A stretch of 64,000 nt of DNA from an uncultured Bacilli bacterium (lineage in GTDB: Bacteria; Bacillota_I; Bacilli_A; RF39; UBA660). Both the position numbers and the translations under genes were made by a program. Shown here in pieces: positions 1 through 8,492 of this stretch (the stretch's first letter is position 1; each line of letters opens with the position of its first letter). The DNA lies in NCBI GenBank assembly GCA_934090735.1, contig CAKOJR010000002.1, positions 22,337-86,336 on the forward strand, written 5' to 3'. Under the pieces are notes generated by a model. It saw only the letters and a list, made by a program, of their open reading frames with translations, was not told the origin of the DNA and did no database searches.

Positions 1-1
1 T

Positions 2-703
2 TATAAATGGATTAATCGTTTTATCAAATTGATCAACCACATTTCTAAATTCTCTTCCAAAAGAAGTTTCCTTTTCATTTTCAATCGTTTTTAAATATTT
101 TTCACCGTTTTCTTTATCTGCTGCCATCCATTCAGTAGATGTTATGCAAGGATTTACTTTTTTTAAAATACTACCCATTATAGTACTCATTATTTCATCA
201 TATCTTTGAACTTCCGTTTCAGGTAGTCCCTTTTTTCTAGCGCAATAATCCTTTAATTCAGTTAAAAAAATAATTAGTTCTTCCTTTGAATCAATACAAT
301 ACTCTTCAATATATTTATCTTCATTTGGTCTATTTAACATATCACTTCTTATTTTTTTTAATCTTTCATTATACTCATAGTCATCCTTATCAAGACGTTC
401 TCTTAATAATTTACGTACCTCTTTACCACATTGTTCATCAGTTGCTTGTTCTATCGGAATATATCCTACTCCACCATTAATTCTCATTTTCTGATGGCTT
501 TCTGGATACTTATTATAAAGAATATTTGCAAATTCTAAAGGAATATTGCCTTTAATTATCGCATGATCTGTACCGCTAAAACATATTAAAAGATTATTCC
601 AAAAATATACTTCCTGTTCTAAACCATTTGCTCCTCTAGCATTTAATATATGATTATCAATACCAAGTGTGTCTAAAATTTCATAAAATTCTAATCTTGT
701 CAT
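2..703 (-). CDS. hypothetical protein, 3' end runs off left window edge (>=234 codons)
   Basis: Absent from the ORF track because it is edge-truncated. I read the - strand frame codon by codon. ATG is at 703-701 (MTRLEFYEILDTLGIDNHILNARG...), with no in-frame stop down to position 2 and a weak GAAAGG SD upstream. No family recognised. Confidence 0.55.
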   Translation of the reverse strand, partial: MTRLEFYEILDTLGIDNHILNARGANGLEQEVYFWNNLLICFSGTDHAIIKGNIPLEFANILYNKYPESHQKMRINGGVGYIPIEQATDEQCGKEVRKLLRERLDKDDYEYNERLKKIRSDMLNRPNEDKYIEEYCIDSKEELIIFLTELKDYCARKKGLPETEVQRYDEIMSTIMGSILKKVNPCITSTEWMAADKENGEKYLKTIENEKETSFGREFRNVVDQFDKTINPFI

Positions 704-780
704 AAGTTAAACCTTTCTTTGATATTTGTATATTATAACATAATTCTTTCTTTTGGATTATAAAATTTCGTTAAAAATTT

Positions 781-806
781 AAAAAAGTATTGAACTTAGT
801 CAATAC
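781..806 (-). terminator. rho-independent terminator after parE
   Basis: On the - strand: GTATTGA-ctaagt-TCAATAC hairpin followed by TTTTTT, immediately 3' of the 812 stop. Confidence 0.6.
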
Positions 807-811
807 CCTTT

Positions 812-2716
812 TTAAATCTTATAATCATCTTCTAATGAGAACTCAACATTTTCATTAATCCATTCTTTACGAGGTTCTACTACATCACCCATTAGAACAC
901 TAACTCTCTTTTCAGCAAGAACGGCATCATTAATACTTACCTTAATTAAATTACGTCTATCAGGGTCCATTGTTGTTTCCCAAAGTGGCTCTGGGTTCAT
1001 TTCACCTAAACCTTTATATCTTTGAACTTTATAGTTTTCTTTATTTTTAGTTACTGCTTTTAGTTCTTCATTTGTCCAGCAGTAGATATGATTTTTACCA
1101 AAGTCTACTTTATATAGAGGTGGCATTGCAATGTATAGGTGTCCCTCTTCAATTAGAGGTTTCATGAAACGATAGAAGAATGTTAGAAGTAAGCACTGAA
1201 TGTGCGCTCCATCATCATCGGCATCAGTCATAATAATTATTTTATCATAATTAATGTCTTTTATTTGGAAGTCACTTCCATAGCCTGCACCAATGCAGTG
1301 AATCATAGTATTAATTTCTTCGTTTTTAAAGATGTCTGCACTTGTTGCTTTTTCAGTATTAATTATTTTACCTCTAAGTGGAAGAATTGCTTGAAATTTA
1401 CGATCTCTACTCTTTTTAGCAGTTCCACCAGCTGAGTTTCCCTCTACGATGAATAATTCATTTATTTTAGGGTTTCTTGCTTGTGCTGGAGTAAGTTTAC
1501 CACTTAAGCTTCTTGCTTCACTTTTTTTGCTTTTACCATTACGAACATCTTCTCTAGCTTTTCTTGCTGCTTCTCTAGCACTTTTACTTTTTAACATTTT
1601 ATCTAGGATAGCAACAGCACTTTCTTTAGTTTCTTCTAGGTAATATTTTAGAGAATCTGTTACGATAGCTTCTACTACACTTCTTGCTTCTGGTGTACCT
1701 AATTTACCCTTAGTCTGTCCTTCAAATTGTAATAGATTTTCAGGTATCTTCATATTAATAACAGCAGTTAATCCTTCTCTTACGTCTGTACCTTCTAAGT
1801 TATTGTCCTTAGTTTTTAACATACCATTATTACGAGCATAGTCATTAAATACTTTAGTAATAGCAGTTTTAAAACCTACTTCATGAGTTCCGCCATCACC
1901 TGTTTTAACATTATTAACAAATGAGATAATGTTTTCACTATATTCATCTGTGTACTGAAGCGCTATATCTACTTCCATACCACTCTTTTCTCCATGAATA
2001 GGAACTACTTTATGAAGTACTCCTTTTCCTTCGTTAATGTACTCGACAAATGAAGTAATGCCATTTTCATAGTGATATGTAACTTTTTTCTCGTCAGCTA
2101 CGTCTTCTACTTCACATGTTAAATTTTTAAGTAAGAAGGCACTTTCTTGCATTCTTTCACAGATAGTTGTATAACTGAAATTTAAGTTTTTAAATATTTC
2201 ATGATTAGGCATGAATGTTACAATAGTACCTGTTTTATTAGTTGTACCAACTTTATGAAGTGGGATATCTACTTTACCACCATCTTTAAATCTTATTTGA
2301 TGAATAGCTCCATCTCTTAGGATAGTTACTTCCATCCACTCTGATAAGGCGTTAACTACACTTGCGCCTACTCCGTGAAGTCCACCAGATACTTTATATC
2401 CGTTAGTTTCAAATTTACCACCAGCATGAAGTATTGTATAAATAACCTCTGGAGTGCTTTTACCACTTTTATGCATACCAGTTGGTACACCACGACCATT
2501 GTCTGCTACAGTTAAACTATTATCTTTATTTATTTTTACAGTAATTTTATTACCGAAACCATTAATTATTTCATCTACGCAGTTATCGATAATTTCCCAA
2601 GCAAGATGATGTAATCCTCTTTTATCTGTACTACCTATGTACATACCCGGTCTTTTTCTAACTGCCTCTAATCCTTCTAATATGGTTATTGAACTTTCAT
2701 CATACTTATTATTCAT
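812..2716 (-). CDS. parE: type IIA topoisomerase ATPase subunit B, ParE-like (topoisomerase IV subunit B)
   Basis: 634 aa. GHKL N-terminus LEGLEAVRKRPGMYIGS, Toprim EGNSAGG..DRKFQAILPLRGKIINTEKA, IIMTDADDDGAHIQ. The C-terminal motifs DIFKNEEINT and KRVSVLMGDVVEPRKEWI resemble staphylococcal/Bacillus ParE more than GyrB, judged from memory. No gyrA or parC is adjacent. Confidence 0.65.
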   Translation of the reverse strand: MNNKYDESSITILEGLEAVRKRPGMYIGSTDKRGLHHLAWEIIDNCVDEIINGFGNKITVKINKDNSLTVADNGRGVPTGMHKSGKSTPEVIYTILHAGGKFETNGYKVSGGLHGVGASVVNALSEWMEVTILRDGAIHQIRFKDGGKVDIPLHKVGTTNKTGTIVTFMPNHEIFKNLNFSYTTICERMQESAFLLKNLTCEVEDVADEKKVTYHYENGITSFVEYINEGKGVLHKVVPIHGEKSGMEVDIALQYTDEYSENIISFVNNVKTGDGGTHEVGFKTAITKVFNDYARNNGMLKTKDNNLEGTDVREGLTAVINMKIPENLLQFEGQTKGKLGTPEARSVVEAIVTDSLKYYLEETKESAVAILDKMLKSKSAREAARKAREDVRNGKSKKSEARSLSGKLTPAQARNPKINELFIVEGNSAGGTAKKSRDRKFQAILPLRGKIINTEKATSADIFKNEEINTMIHCIGAGYGSDFQIKDINYDKIIIMTDADDDGAHIQCLLLTFFYRFMKPLIEEGHLYIAMPPLYKVDFGKNHIYCWTNEELKAVTKNKENYKVQRYKGLGEMNPEPLWETTMDPDRRNLIKVSINDAVLAEKRVSVLMGDVVEPRKEWINENVEFSLEDDYKI

Positions 2717-2765
2717 CTTGTATCACCACAATAAATTATACCAAATCCCTTATAAAAAGACAAAT

Positions 2766-2801
2766 AAAAACTCGGGTAGACGTATGCAAGACCTACCCGA
2801 G
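2766..2801 (-). terminator. rho-independent terminator after surface paralog P1
   Basis: 9-bp stem CTCGGGTAG/CTACCCGAG followed on the - strand by TTTTTATTT. Confidence 0.7.
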
Positions 2802-2815
2802 AGTATGTTTAAAAC

Positions 2816-4999
2816 TTAATTAACAACGTATGGATCTTCTGACGTGCCAGTTCCACCAGAAATTTTAATAATTGAAACTAAACTTATAGCTGGACGAAGA
2901 GCCGAACTGGCATATCCAACAGTACCACCCGTGTAGAACAAATCACCGGCACTTATACCCCAAACAGAAGCTTGCGTATCATCTCCAAGTTTAATAGGTG
3001 TTAAAGTCCACCAATAAGTAGAACTATAACAATTGCCAGCATTTTCTTGTAAATAAGCAACACAATTATTATAAAAAGCAATAGATCCGGAAAATGCTGC
3101 TTCATCTGCGGTTAATAGTCCTATTTTATAGGTTAAATTACCATTATCGTTTGTAGTATCATCAACAGTAAACTTAGATAACTTACCACCATTATTATCG
3201 CTTGGGCATTTTAATGTCGGCTGTTTAGTAGAATTCAATCTATTATACGCAGCGTAATCTGTTACATTTGTTCCATAACCAAGTCCTCCACTTACTGTAC
3301 TCTTATCATTACACCATATTGTATCTGCTAGTTTACTTTCATATGATGCTAAATTATTTGTATACCATGTTTCTAAATTAGTTAAAATTGTGCTTTTATT
3401 TATATTTGCATGTGTATTTGCGTAATCACTAGAACCGGCTTTTCCATACATAAAACCGATATAGGCATTATCATTATCGTTTGAATTAAATGTTGTATTA
3501 AAAGTACTTCCGGAATACCTTGCGAATGCTGCTGAAAAACTGTTATTTGATGATGCGCATGGATTTATAACTTTATTAATATTATCGTTATGAAGAATAA
3601 GCTTTATTGAACCATCTCCAGTTATTCTTACTATTCGCCAGCATTTATTCGCGAACTGGACATAATTATTTTTTACAGTGCCTCTATAATAATAAGATGT
3701 GCCGTAATCATCTTCTGTACTTGCTAAGAGTGCCTCTGTTGTATTTTTATTTGAAGTTATTGCTTTGTAAACAAAACTACTTGACGTTGCACTTACTATA
3801 TAAGCTACCATTTCTAAATCAGTTGTATCCTTCATAGTTCCTGCCGTGTTTGAACCAGCCTGGAAAACACTAAGAGACCCATATTTTAATGGTAAAAATT
3901 TGCCAACTAAGTCCGAATAAGAATTTATGTATGTATCATTCGTTACAGTGGCACCAGTTAAATTAAACTTTGTACCATTCGCTTCATATCCCGTTCCATA
4001 AGTAAAATAATATGCTTGATATGTAGAAGATACACTTTTAGTTTCGGTATATGTTATATCATCTTTTGTATATGCGCTAACTTCTTTTCCTGGCGTTGTA
4101 ATTGGAGATTTTAATTCGTTGTTTTCTCTTAATGCTGCAAGTAATGTTCCGCTTTCTGCATCATACCACCCATCCGGTGCCGGTGCAAATGGTTCGAATG
4201 TAGCATTACATCTTACATTACCATCTGTTATAGATGAAGTTAAAACCCATTTTGAACCATTCCATTTTATACTTTCGTTGGCATCTATCTTCTTACCATT
4301 TTTAGTGCATTCCACAGATGCTGTGTATTTATTTGTCGTTGGAAAGCTTGTGCTTGCTTCTCCATCAATGAATGCGACTACATACAAGTCATCGGGTGGC
4401 CTTGTTTTAACAGTGCCTACCACTGATATTTTTACCTCGTAATCTTTATTCTCTACTTCTTCACTGGTCCAAATATCTTTATTGTTACCATCTAACCACA
4501 TTCTAAAGTTAAATGTACGAGATTCATCTTTTGTGATGCCATCGCCTTTTTTAAGGATATAGTTTTCTGTTATATTATATTTAGATAAGCTTTGAGGTGT
4601 TGATATAGACTCTAGGGTATTTATTATTGTTCCATTTAAGTCATTATCTCCAAGTAAAGATACTTTTACATATTTTGAGTCTACTTTATTAGTTGTACTT
4701 ATTACTGATGCGATAACATAATACTCGATGTAGTTATCACAGTTATTCTTAATTGTGAATGTGTATGGTGTTTGTTCTAAGGCTTCACCATCACTTATTG
4801 GATAGGTATTAAGTAAATTTATTTCATTTTGGCCATTATATTCTAGATCCATACATGATGCTGCTAAGGTATTTGCATCATTTTGACTTGTATAATTTGT
4901 AAATATAGCGTAACTATCGCCGTTTGTCAGAAGAACAACTGCCAGCATCACACATAAAATTAACATTCTCTTTTTATATCTACGGATATTCTGGTTCAT
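2816..4999 (-). CDS. large secreted protein, paralog P1 (SipW/TasA-type signal; CWRIVRI core; WWTLTP..LRPAISL; GTGTSEDPY tail)
   Basis: 727 aa. N-terminus has a K/R-rich n-region, a hydrophobic h-region and SYAIFTN..NTLAASCMDL, comparable to TasA AAFND..ATFASGTLDL. Long identical blocks are shared with 48160-50076 and 57054-58637. Confidence 0.8.
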   Translation of the reverse strand: MNQNIRRYKKRMLILCVMLAVVLLTNGDSYAIFTNYTSQNDANTLAASCMDLEYNGQNEINLLNTYPISDGEALEQTPYTFTIKNNCDNYIEYYVIASVISTTNKVDSKYVKVSLLGDNDLNGTIINTLESISTPQSLSKYNITENYILKKGDGITKDESRTFNFRMWLDGNNKDIWTSEEVENKDYEVKISVVGTVKTRPPDDLYVVAFIDGEASTSFPTTNKYTASVECTKNGKKIDANESIKWNGSKWVLTSSITDGNVRCNATFEPFAPAPDGWYDAESGTLLAALRENNELKSPITTPGKEVSAYTKDDITYTETKSVSSTYQAYYFTYGTGYEANGTKFNLTGATVTNDTYINSYSDLVGKFLPLKYGSLSVFQAGSNTAGTMKDTTDLEMVAYIVSATSSSFVYKAITSNKNTTEALLASTEDDYGTSYYYRGTVKNNYVQFANKCWRIVRITGDGSIKLILHNDNINKVINPCASSNNSFSAAFARYSGSTFNTTFNSNDNDNAYIGFMYGKAGSSDYANTHANINKSTILTNLETWYTNNLASYESKLADTIWCNDKSTVSGGLGYGTNVTDYAAYNRLNSTKQPTLKCPSDNNGGKLSKFTVDDTTNDNGNLTYKIGLLTADEAAFSGSIAFYNNCVAYLQENAGNCYSSTYWWTLTPIKLGDDTQASVWGISAGDLFYTGGTVGYASSALRPAISLVSIIKISGGTGTSEDPYVVN

Positions 5000-5118
5000 A
5001 TTATACCTCTACTATTCTATGGATATTATATAACAACCCCGTGTCCAGTTAATTTTTGCATTTTTTTGCTCTATTAACGTTTTTTTGGATTTTGCCAAGA
5101 AAAAAAGCCTTTTGGGCT

Positions 5119-5829
5119 TTACTTATGTCTTATGTTATTTAGTCTATTTCTTAAATCGTCTAGTGATTGAGTTTGCTCGATTTTAGGTTCTTCTAGATTT
5201 GGCTCTTCGGCAAGAAGTTCTGATATTGGTGCATCTGTTATAACTTCTGGTTCTGCATCACTATTTATTAGTTTACTTATATCATCTTCACTAGATTCAT
5301 TTATTTTTGGTAGTTCTATTTCTGGAAGTTCTTCTGTAACTGAAACTACTGGTTCTTCTTTGATTGTTTCAACTGCTGGTTCGATAACTGGTTCAATTAC
5401 AGGCTCTACAATATTTTCTGCTTGAACTTCAACTTGTTCAGTTTTAATTTCTGGAGTTTCTTCTACTGCTGGAGTTATTTCTGATTTATATGCAGGCTCT
5501 TCTTTTACTGATTCGATAGCAGGAGGCTCAGTTATTACCGGTTCTACTACACTTTCTTCTTTTTGAATTTCAACTGGTTCTGGTTTAACTTCAGCTTGTG
5601 AAGGCTCAACTACTGGTGTTACCTCTGTTTTGGGAGTACCAGTTTCAACTAGAACTTCATCACTCTTATTAATTTTCTTTTGAGTTCTCTTAATTCTAAT
5701 GCTAGTTATAATAATTAATAAGATTAAGAATGCTGCTATAGTTCCTAGAACTATATAGAAGTATAACATCGATTCCTCATTTGTGTATAGTTTATCAAAT
5801 ACACCATTTAATTTGTCTAAAAATTTCAT
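5119..5829 (-). CDS. membrane-anchored acidic E/P/V-rich low-complexity protein
   Basis: 236 aa with one TM helix (YFYIVLGTIAAFLILLIIITSI), followed by EPVIEPVIEP-type acidic repeats. A hairpin plus T-run overlaps the stop (about 5100-5120). Confidence 0.6.
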   Translation of the reverse strand: MKFLDKLNGVFDKLYTNEESMLYFYIVLGTIAAFLILLIIITSIRIKRTQKKINKSDEVLVETGTPKTEVTPVVEPSQAEVKPEPVEIQKEESVVEPVITEPPAIESVKEEPAYKSEITPAVEETPEIKTEQVEVQAENIVEPVIEPVIEPAVETIKEEPVVSVTEELPEIELPKINESSEDDISKLINSDAEPEVITDAPISELLAEEPNLEEPKIEQTQSLDDLRNRLNNIRHK

Positions 5830-5890
5830 TTTATATCACCTTTTTATTCTATAAATATAATATAACAAAACTCTTTAAAAAATGCAAATC

Positions 5891-6949
5891 TTATTTGAAA
5901 AGTCTTAAAATATCCTGGAATGTTATGTAAAGCATTAAGAGCATTAGTAGAGCAAAACCAATCATATGAATGTATCCTTCAACTTTTTGGTCTATTTTCT
6001 TTCCTCTTATCCACTCAATTAAGATGAAGAATACTCTACCACCGTCAAATGCTGGGAATGGTAAAGCATTAATTACTGCTAGGTTAATGCTTAAGTAGGC
6101 AGTTAAATATAGAACGTTTACTAATCCTACTTTCATAGTTTCACCTACTATAGAGTACATTCCGACTGGGCCTGCTAGATTATTTAATGATAATTTACCT
6201 GTAAATAGTGAGCCTAACGTTAGCCACATGCTTGATACAATTGATCCAAGTTTAACAAATGTGTATTTAATTGCACTAAAGAAGCCTTTGTGAACTTCAG
6301 AACTTGCTCCGATACCGAAGACTTTTGTTTCTGTTCCGTCTTCAGCTTTTACGGTTTTTGGTATTATTTTATATTCTTTAATATCACCATTTTGTTTTTT
6401 TACAGTGAATGTGTATGTATCTTCTTTATGTTTTAAGTTTAGGACAATTGTAAGTTTATCCCAAGTGTTTACATGGTAACCATTTACTTTTGTTACTATG
6501 TCACCTACTTCGATACCGGCTTCACTTACTGGGTATCCTTCTGGAGCATTACCAACGATGGATTTTTGCTCAGTGCTACCCCAAATTAGTCCTTGAAAAA
6601 ATAGAATAATAAGGGCAAGAATAATGTTGTTTGTAACACCAGCGATAAGAATAAGAAATCTTTCCCATTTGCTTCGATTGCACATGTACTGATTCTTTTT
6701 AAGTTTTAATTCGCCAGCGTCTTCTTCATTTTCACCAGCCATTGCACAGAAGCCACCGATTGGCAGTAGTCTTATTGAGTAGACTGTTGGATCTTTTTTA
6801 TTTTTTCTTTTGAATGAGAAAATTCTTGGCCCCATTCCAATTGCAAATTCGTGAACGTATACACCAATCATTTTAGCTGCAATGAAGTGACCTAGTTCAT
6901 GAACAAATACAAGTACTCCTAGAATTAAAATTAATACAATTATTGTCAT
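5891..6949 (-). CDS. rseP: RIP (site-2) zinc metalloprotease, M50 family with PDZ domain
   Basis: HELGHF zinc motif at the N-terminus, a central PDZ-like segment, a C-terminal LPFPAFDGGR motif, and the uppS-cdsA-rseP context. Confidence 0.9.
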   Translation of the reverse strand: MTIIVLILILGVLVFVHELGHFIAAKMIGVYVHEFAIGMGPRIFSFKRKNKKDPTVYSIRLLPIGGFCAMAGENEEDAGELKLKKNQYMCNRSKWERFLILIAGVTNNIILALIILFFQGLIWGSTEQKSIVGNAPEGYPVSEAGIEVGDIVTKVNGYHVNTWDKLTIVLNLKHKEDTYTFTVKKQNGDIKEYKIIPKTVKAEDGTETKVFGIGASSEVHKGFFSAIKYTFVKLGSIVSSMWLTLGSLFTGKLSLNNLAGPVGMYSIVGETMKVGLVNVLYLTAYLSINLAVINALPFPAFDGGRVFFILIEWIRGKKIDQKVEGYIHMIGFALLMLLMLYITFQDILRLFK

Positions 6950-6955
6950 TTCTAC

Positions 6956-7741
6956 CTATAACCTTTCTATAAATATCATAAATATAATTGCAACAAATAT
7001 TAAACTGTCTAGTCTATCTAATACTCCGCCATGGCCTGGGATAAGATTACTAAAATCTTTAATATTATGTTTTCTTTTAATTGCACTGAAGAATAAGTCG
7101 CCTATTTGACCTACAACTGTCATAAAAAAGATGATTAAGATTACTGGCAGTAGTTTGGCTTGCATGTTTATAAAGTTAAAATAATACATGCTCATCATAA
7201 ATGTTCCCATTAGTGAACCTACTGTGTAACCTTCCCAAGTTTTGTTAGGGCTTAACTTTGTTACTTTATGTTTACCAATAAGTTTTCCACCAACGTATGC
7301 AAATGTATCTGTTATGATTGGGGTTAGTACCATTAGCATAAAGTATTTTAAGCTGTATGCTCTAATTAGGATAAAGTAGTTAAGTCCTAGCCCTATTAGT
7401 AGTATGAAACCTAACATTTTAAAGGCATCTTCTGTTGAATATTTATCTTTTACTTGATAAAAGATAATAGGGGTTAGTACTAAAAGCATTACTATGCCAA
7501 TAATTTTATAGTTTAAACCTAAGAAAATATTGTTAGCATCAAAGTTACTATATACTAGTGTTAAAAGGGCGATAAATCCAGTTATTTTTACTGGAAGTGG
7601 ATAATCGTATAGATCACTCATTTCTTTAAAGGCCATAACACTTACTAAACCTACAAAGATAGCAAATGGTATTTTACCAATTATTACTAGGGGTAAGATG
7701 ATTGCTATCATAATAGCTGCACTAATTACTCTTTTTTTCAT
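6956..7741 (-). CDS. cdsA: phosphatidate cytidylyltransferase
   Basis: Polytopic protein with the C-terminal signature SAIKRKHNIKDFSNLIPGHGGVLDRLDS. I moved the start to the ATG at 7741 (GGAGG 8 nt upstream), because the track's TTG at 7756 lies inside that SD. Confidence 0.9.
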   Translation of the reverse strand: MKKRVISAAIMIAIILPLVIIGKIPFAIFVGLVSVMAFKEMSDLYDYPLPVKITGFIALLTLVYSNFDANNIFLGLNYKIIGIVMLLVLTPIIFYQVKDKYSTEDAFKMLGFILLIGLGLNYFILIRAYSLKYFMLMVLTPIITDTFAYVGGKLIGKHKVTKLSPNKTWEGYTVGSLMGTFMMSMYYFNFINMQAKLLPVILIIFFMTVVGQIGDLFFSAIKRKHNIKDFSNLIPGHGGVLDRLDSLIFVAIIFMIFIERL

Positions 7742-7742
7742 A

Positions 7743-8426
7743 TTAATTTCCTCCAAATCTTCTATTTCTATTATTGTATATTTCTAGAGCTTTATCAAAT
7801 TCTTTTTCGTCAAAGTCAGGAAAATATACTTTGGGAAAGTAAAATTCTGCATAACTTATTTGCCATAGCATGAAGTTTGATATTCTCTCTTCCCCACTTG
7901 TTCTTATAACGTAATCTAAATCTGGTAAGTCATTGTATAAGTATTTACCAAATGTTTCCTCTGTTACGGTTATGTTTGCTTCTTTTATTTTGTTTACTGC
8001 ATCAACTATTTCTCTTCTTCCACCATAGTTAAGGCATACGTTTAGAACGCCACCTGTATTATCTTTTGTTAGGTCTACAACGTTATCAATACATTTTAGA
8101 ACTTCTTTACTTAGATTATCTCTTAAGCCAGATACTACTATTTTAATGTTATAGTCGTGCAGTTCGTTTACTCTTTCATTAAAAAACTTTATTATTAGTC
8201 CCATTAAGTAACTAACTTCTTCAGCACTTCGGTTAAAGTTTTCGGTTGAAAAAGCATAGATACTTAAATATTTTACGCCTTTATCAAAGATATATTTAGC
8301 TAGGCTGATTATTCTGTTTGCTCCGGCTAAGTGTCCTTCGATAGTTTTTTTATTTTTTTCTTTAGCCCATCTTCGGTTACCATCCATAATGATGCCGATA
8401 TGATTAGGTACTATTATATTATTCAT
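7743..8426 (-). CDS. uppS: isoprenyl transferase (undecaprenyl-diphosphate synthase)
   Basis: HIGIIMDGNRRWA, ..FSTENFNRS.., RTSGEERISNFMLWQ motifs. Confidence 0.92.
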   Translation of the reverse strand: MNNIIVPNHIGIIMDGNRRWAKEKNKKTIEGHLAGANRIISLAKYIFDKGVKYLSIYAFSTENFNRSAEEVSYLMGLIIKFFNERVNELHDYNIKIVVSGLRDNLSKEVLKCIDNVVDLTKDNTGGVLNVCLNYGGRREIVDAVNKIKEANITVTEETFGKYLYNDLPDLDYVIRTSGEERISNFMLWQISYAEFYFPKVYFPDFDEKEFDKALEIYNNRNRRFGGN

Positions 8427-8492
8427 AAATCCACCCTAATATCAATTTTACTAAAATACTTGTTAAAAGTCTATAGTTTATCTTTTTCTATG

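Noticed and set aside
286-480. 64-aa + strand ORF from the track
   Set aside because: It lies entirely antisense to the long open - strand frame 2-703, which I verified codon by codon. Its composition is low-complexity (Y/L/H-rich) and it has no SD. I treat it as a shadow ORF.
5330-5420. EPVIEPVIEP-type repetition as a tandem DNA repeat or contingency locus
   Set aside because: There are only 2-3 short imperfect units within a generally E/P/V-rich low-complexity region, and no long perfect repeat.
7742-7756. N-terminal extensions in the ORF track that start at TTG, GTG or an upstream ATG. This example is in cdsA. Others: 13410-13418, 25609-25644, 26868-26921, 29367-29375, 33998-34012, 34528-34542, 50077-50124, 54791-54835, 60289-60357.
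   Set aside because: In each case a downstream ATG has a properly spaced SD, and the extension overlaps the SD, the promoter or the preceding gene. The coordinates were trimmed accordingly.
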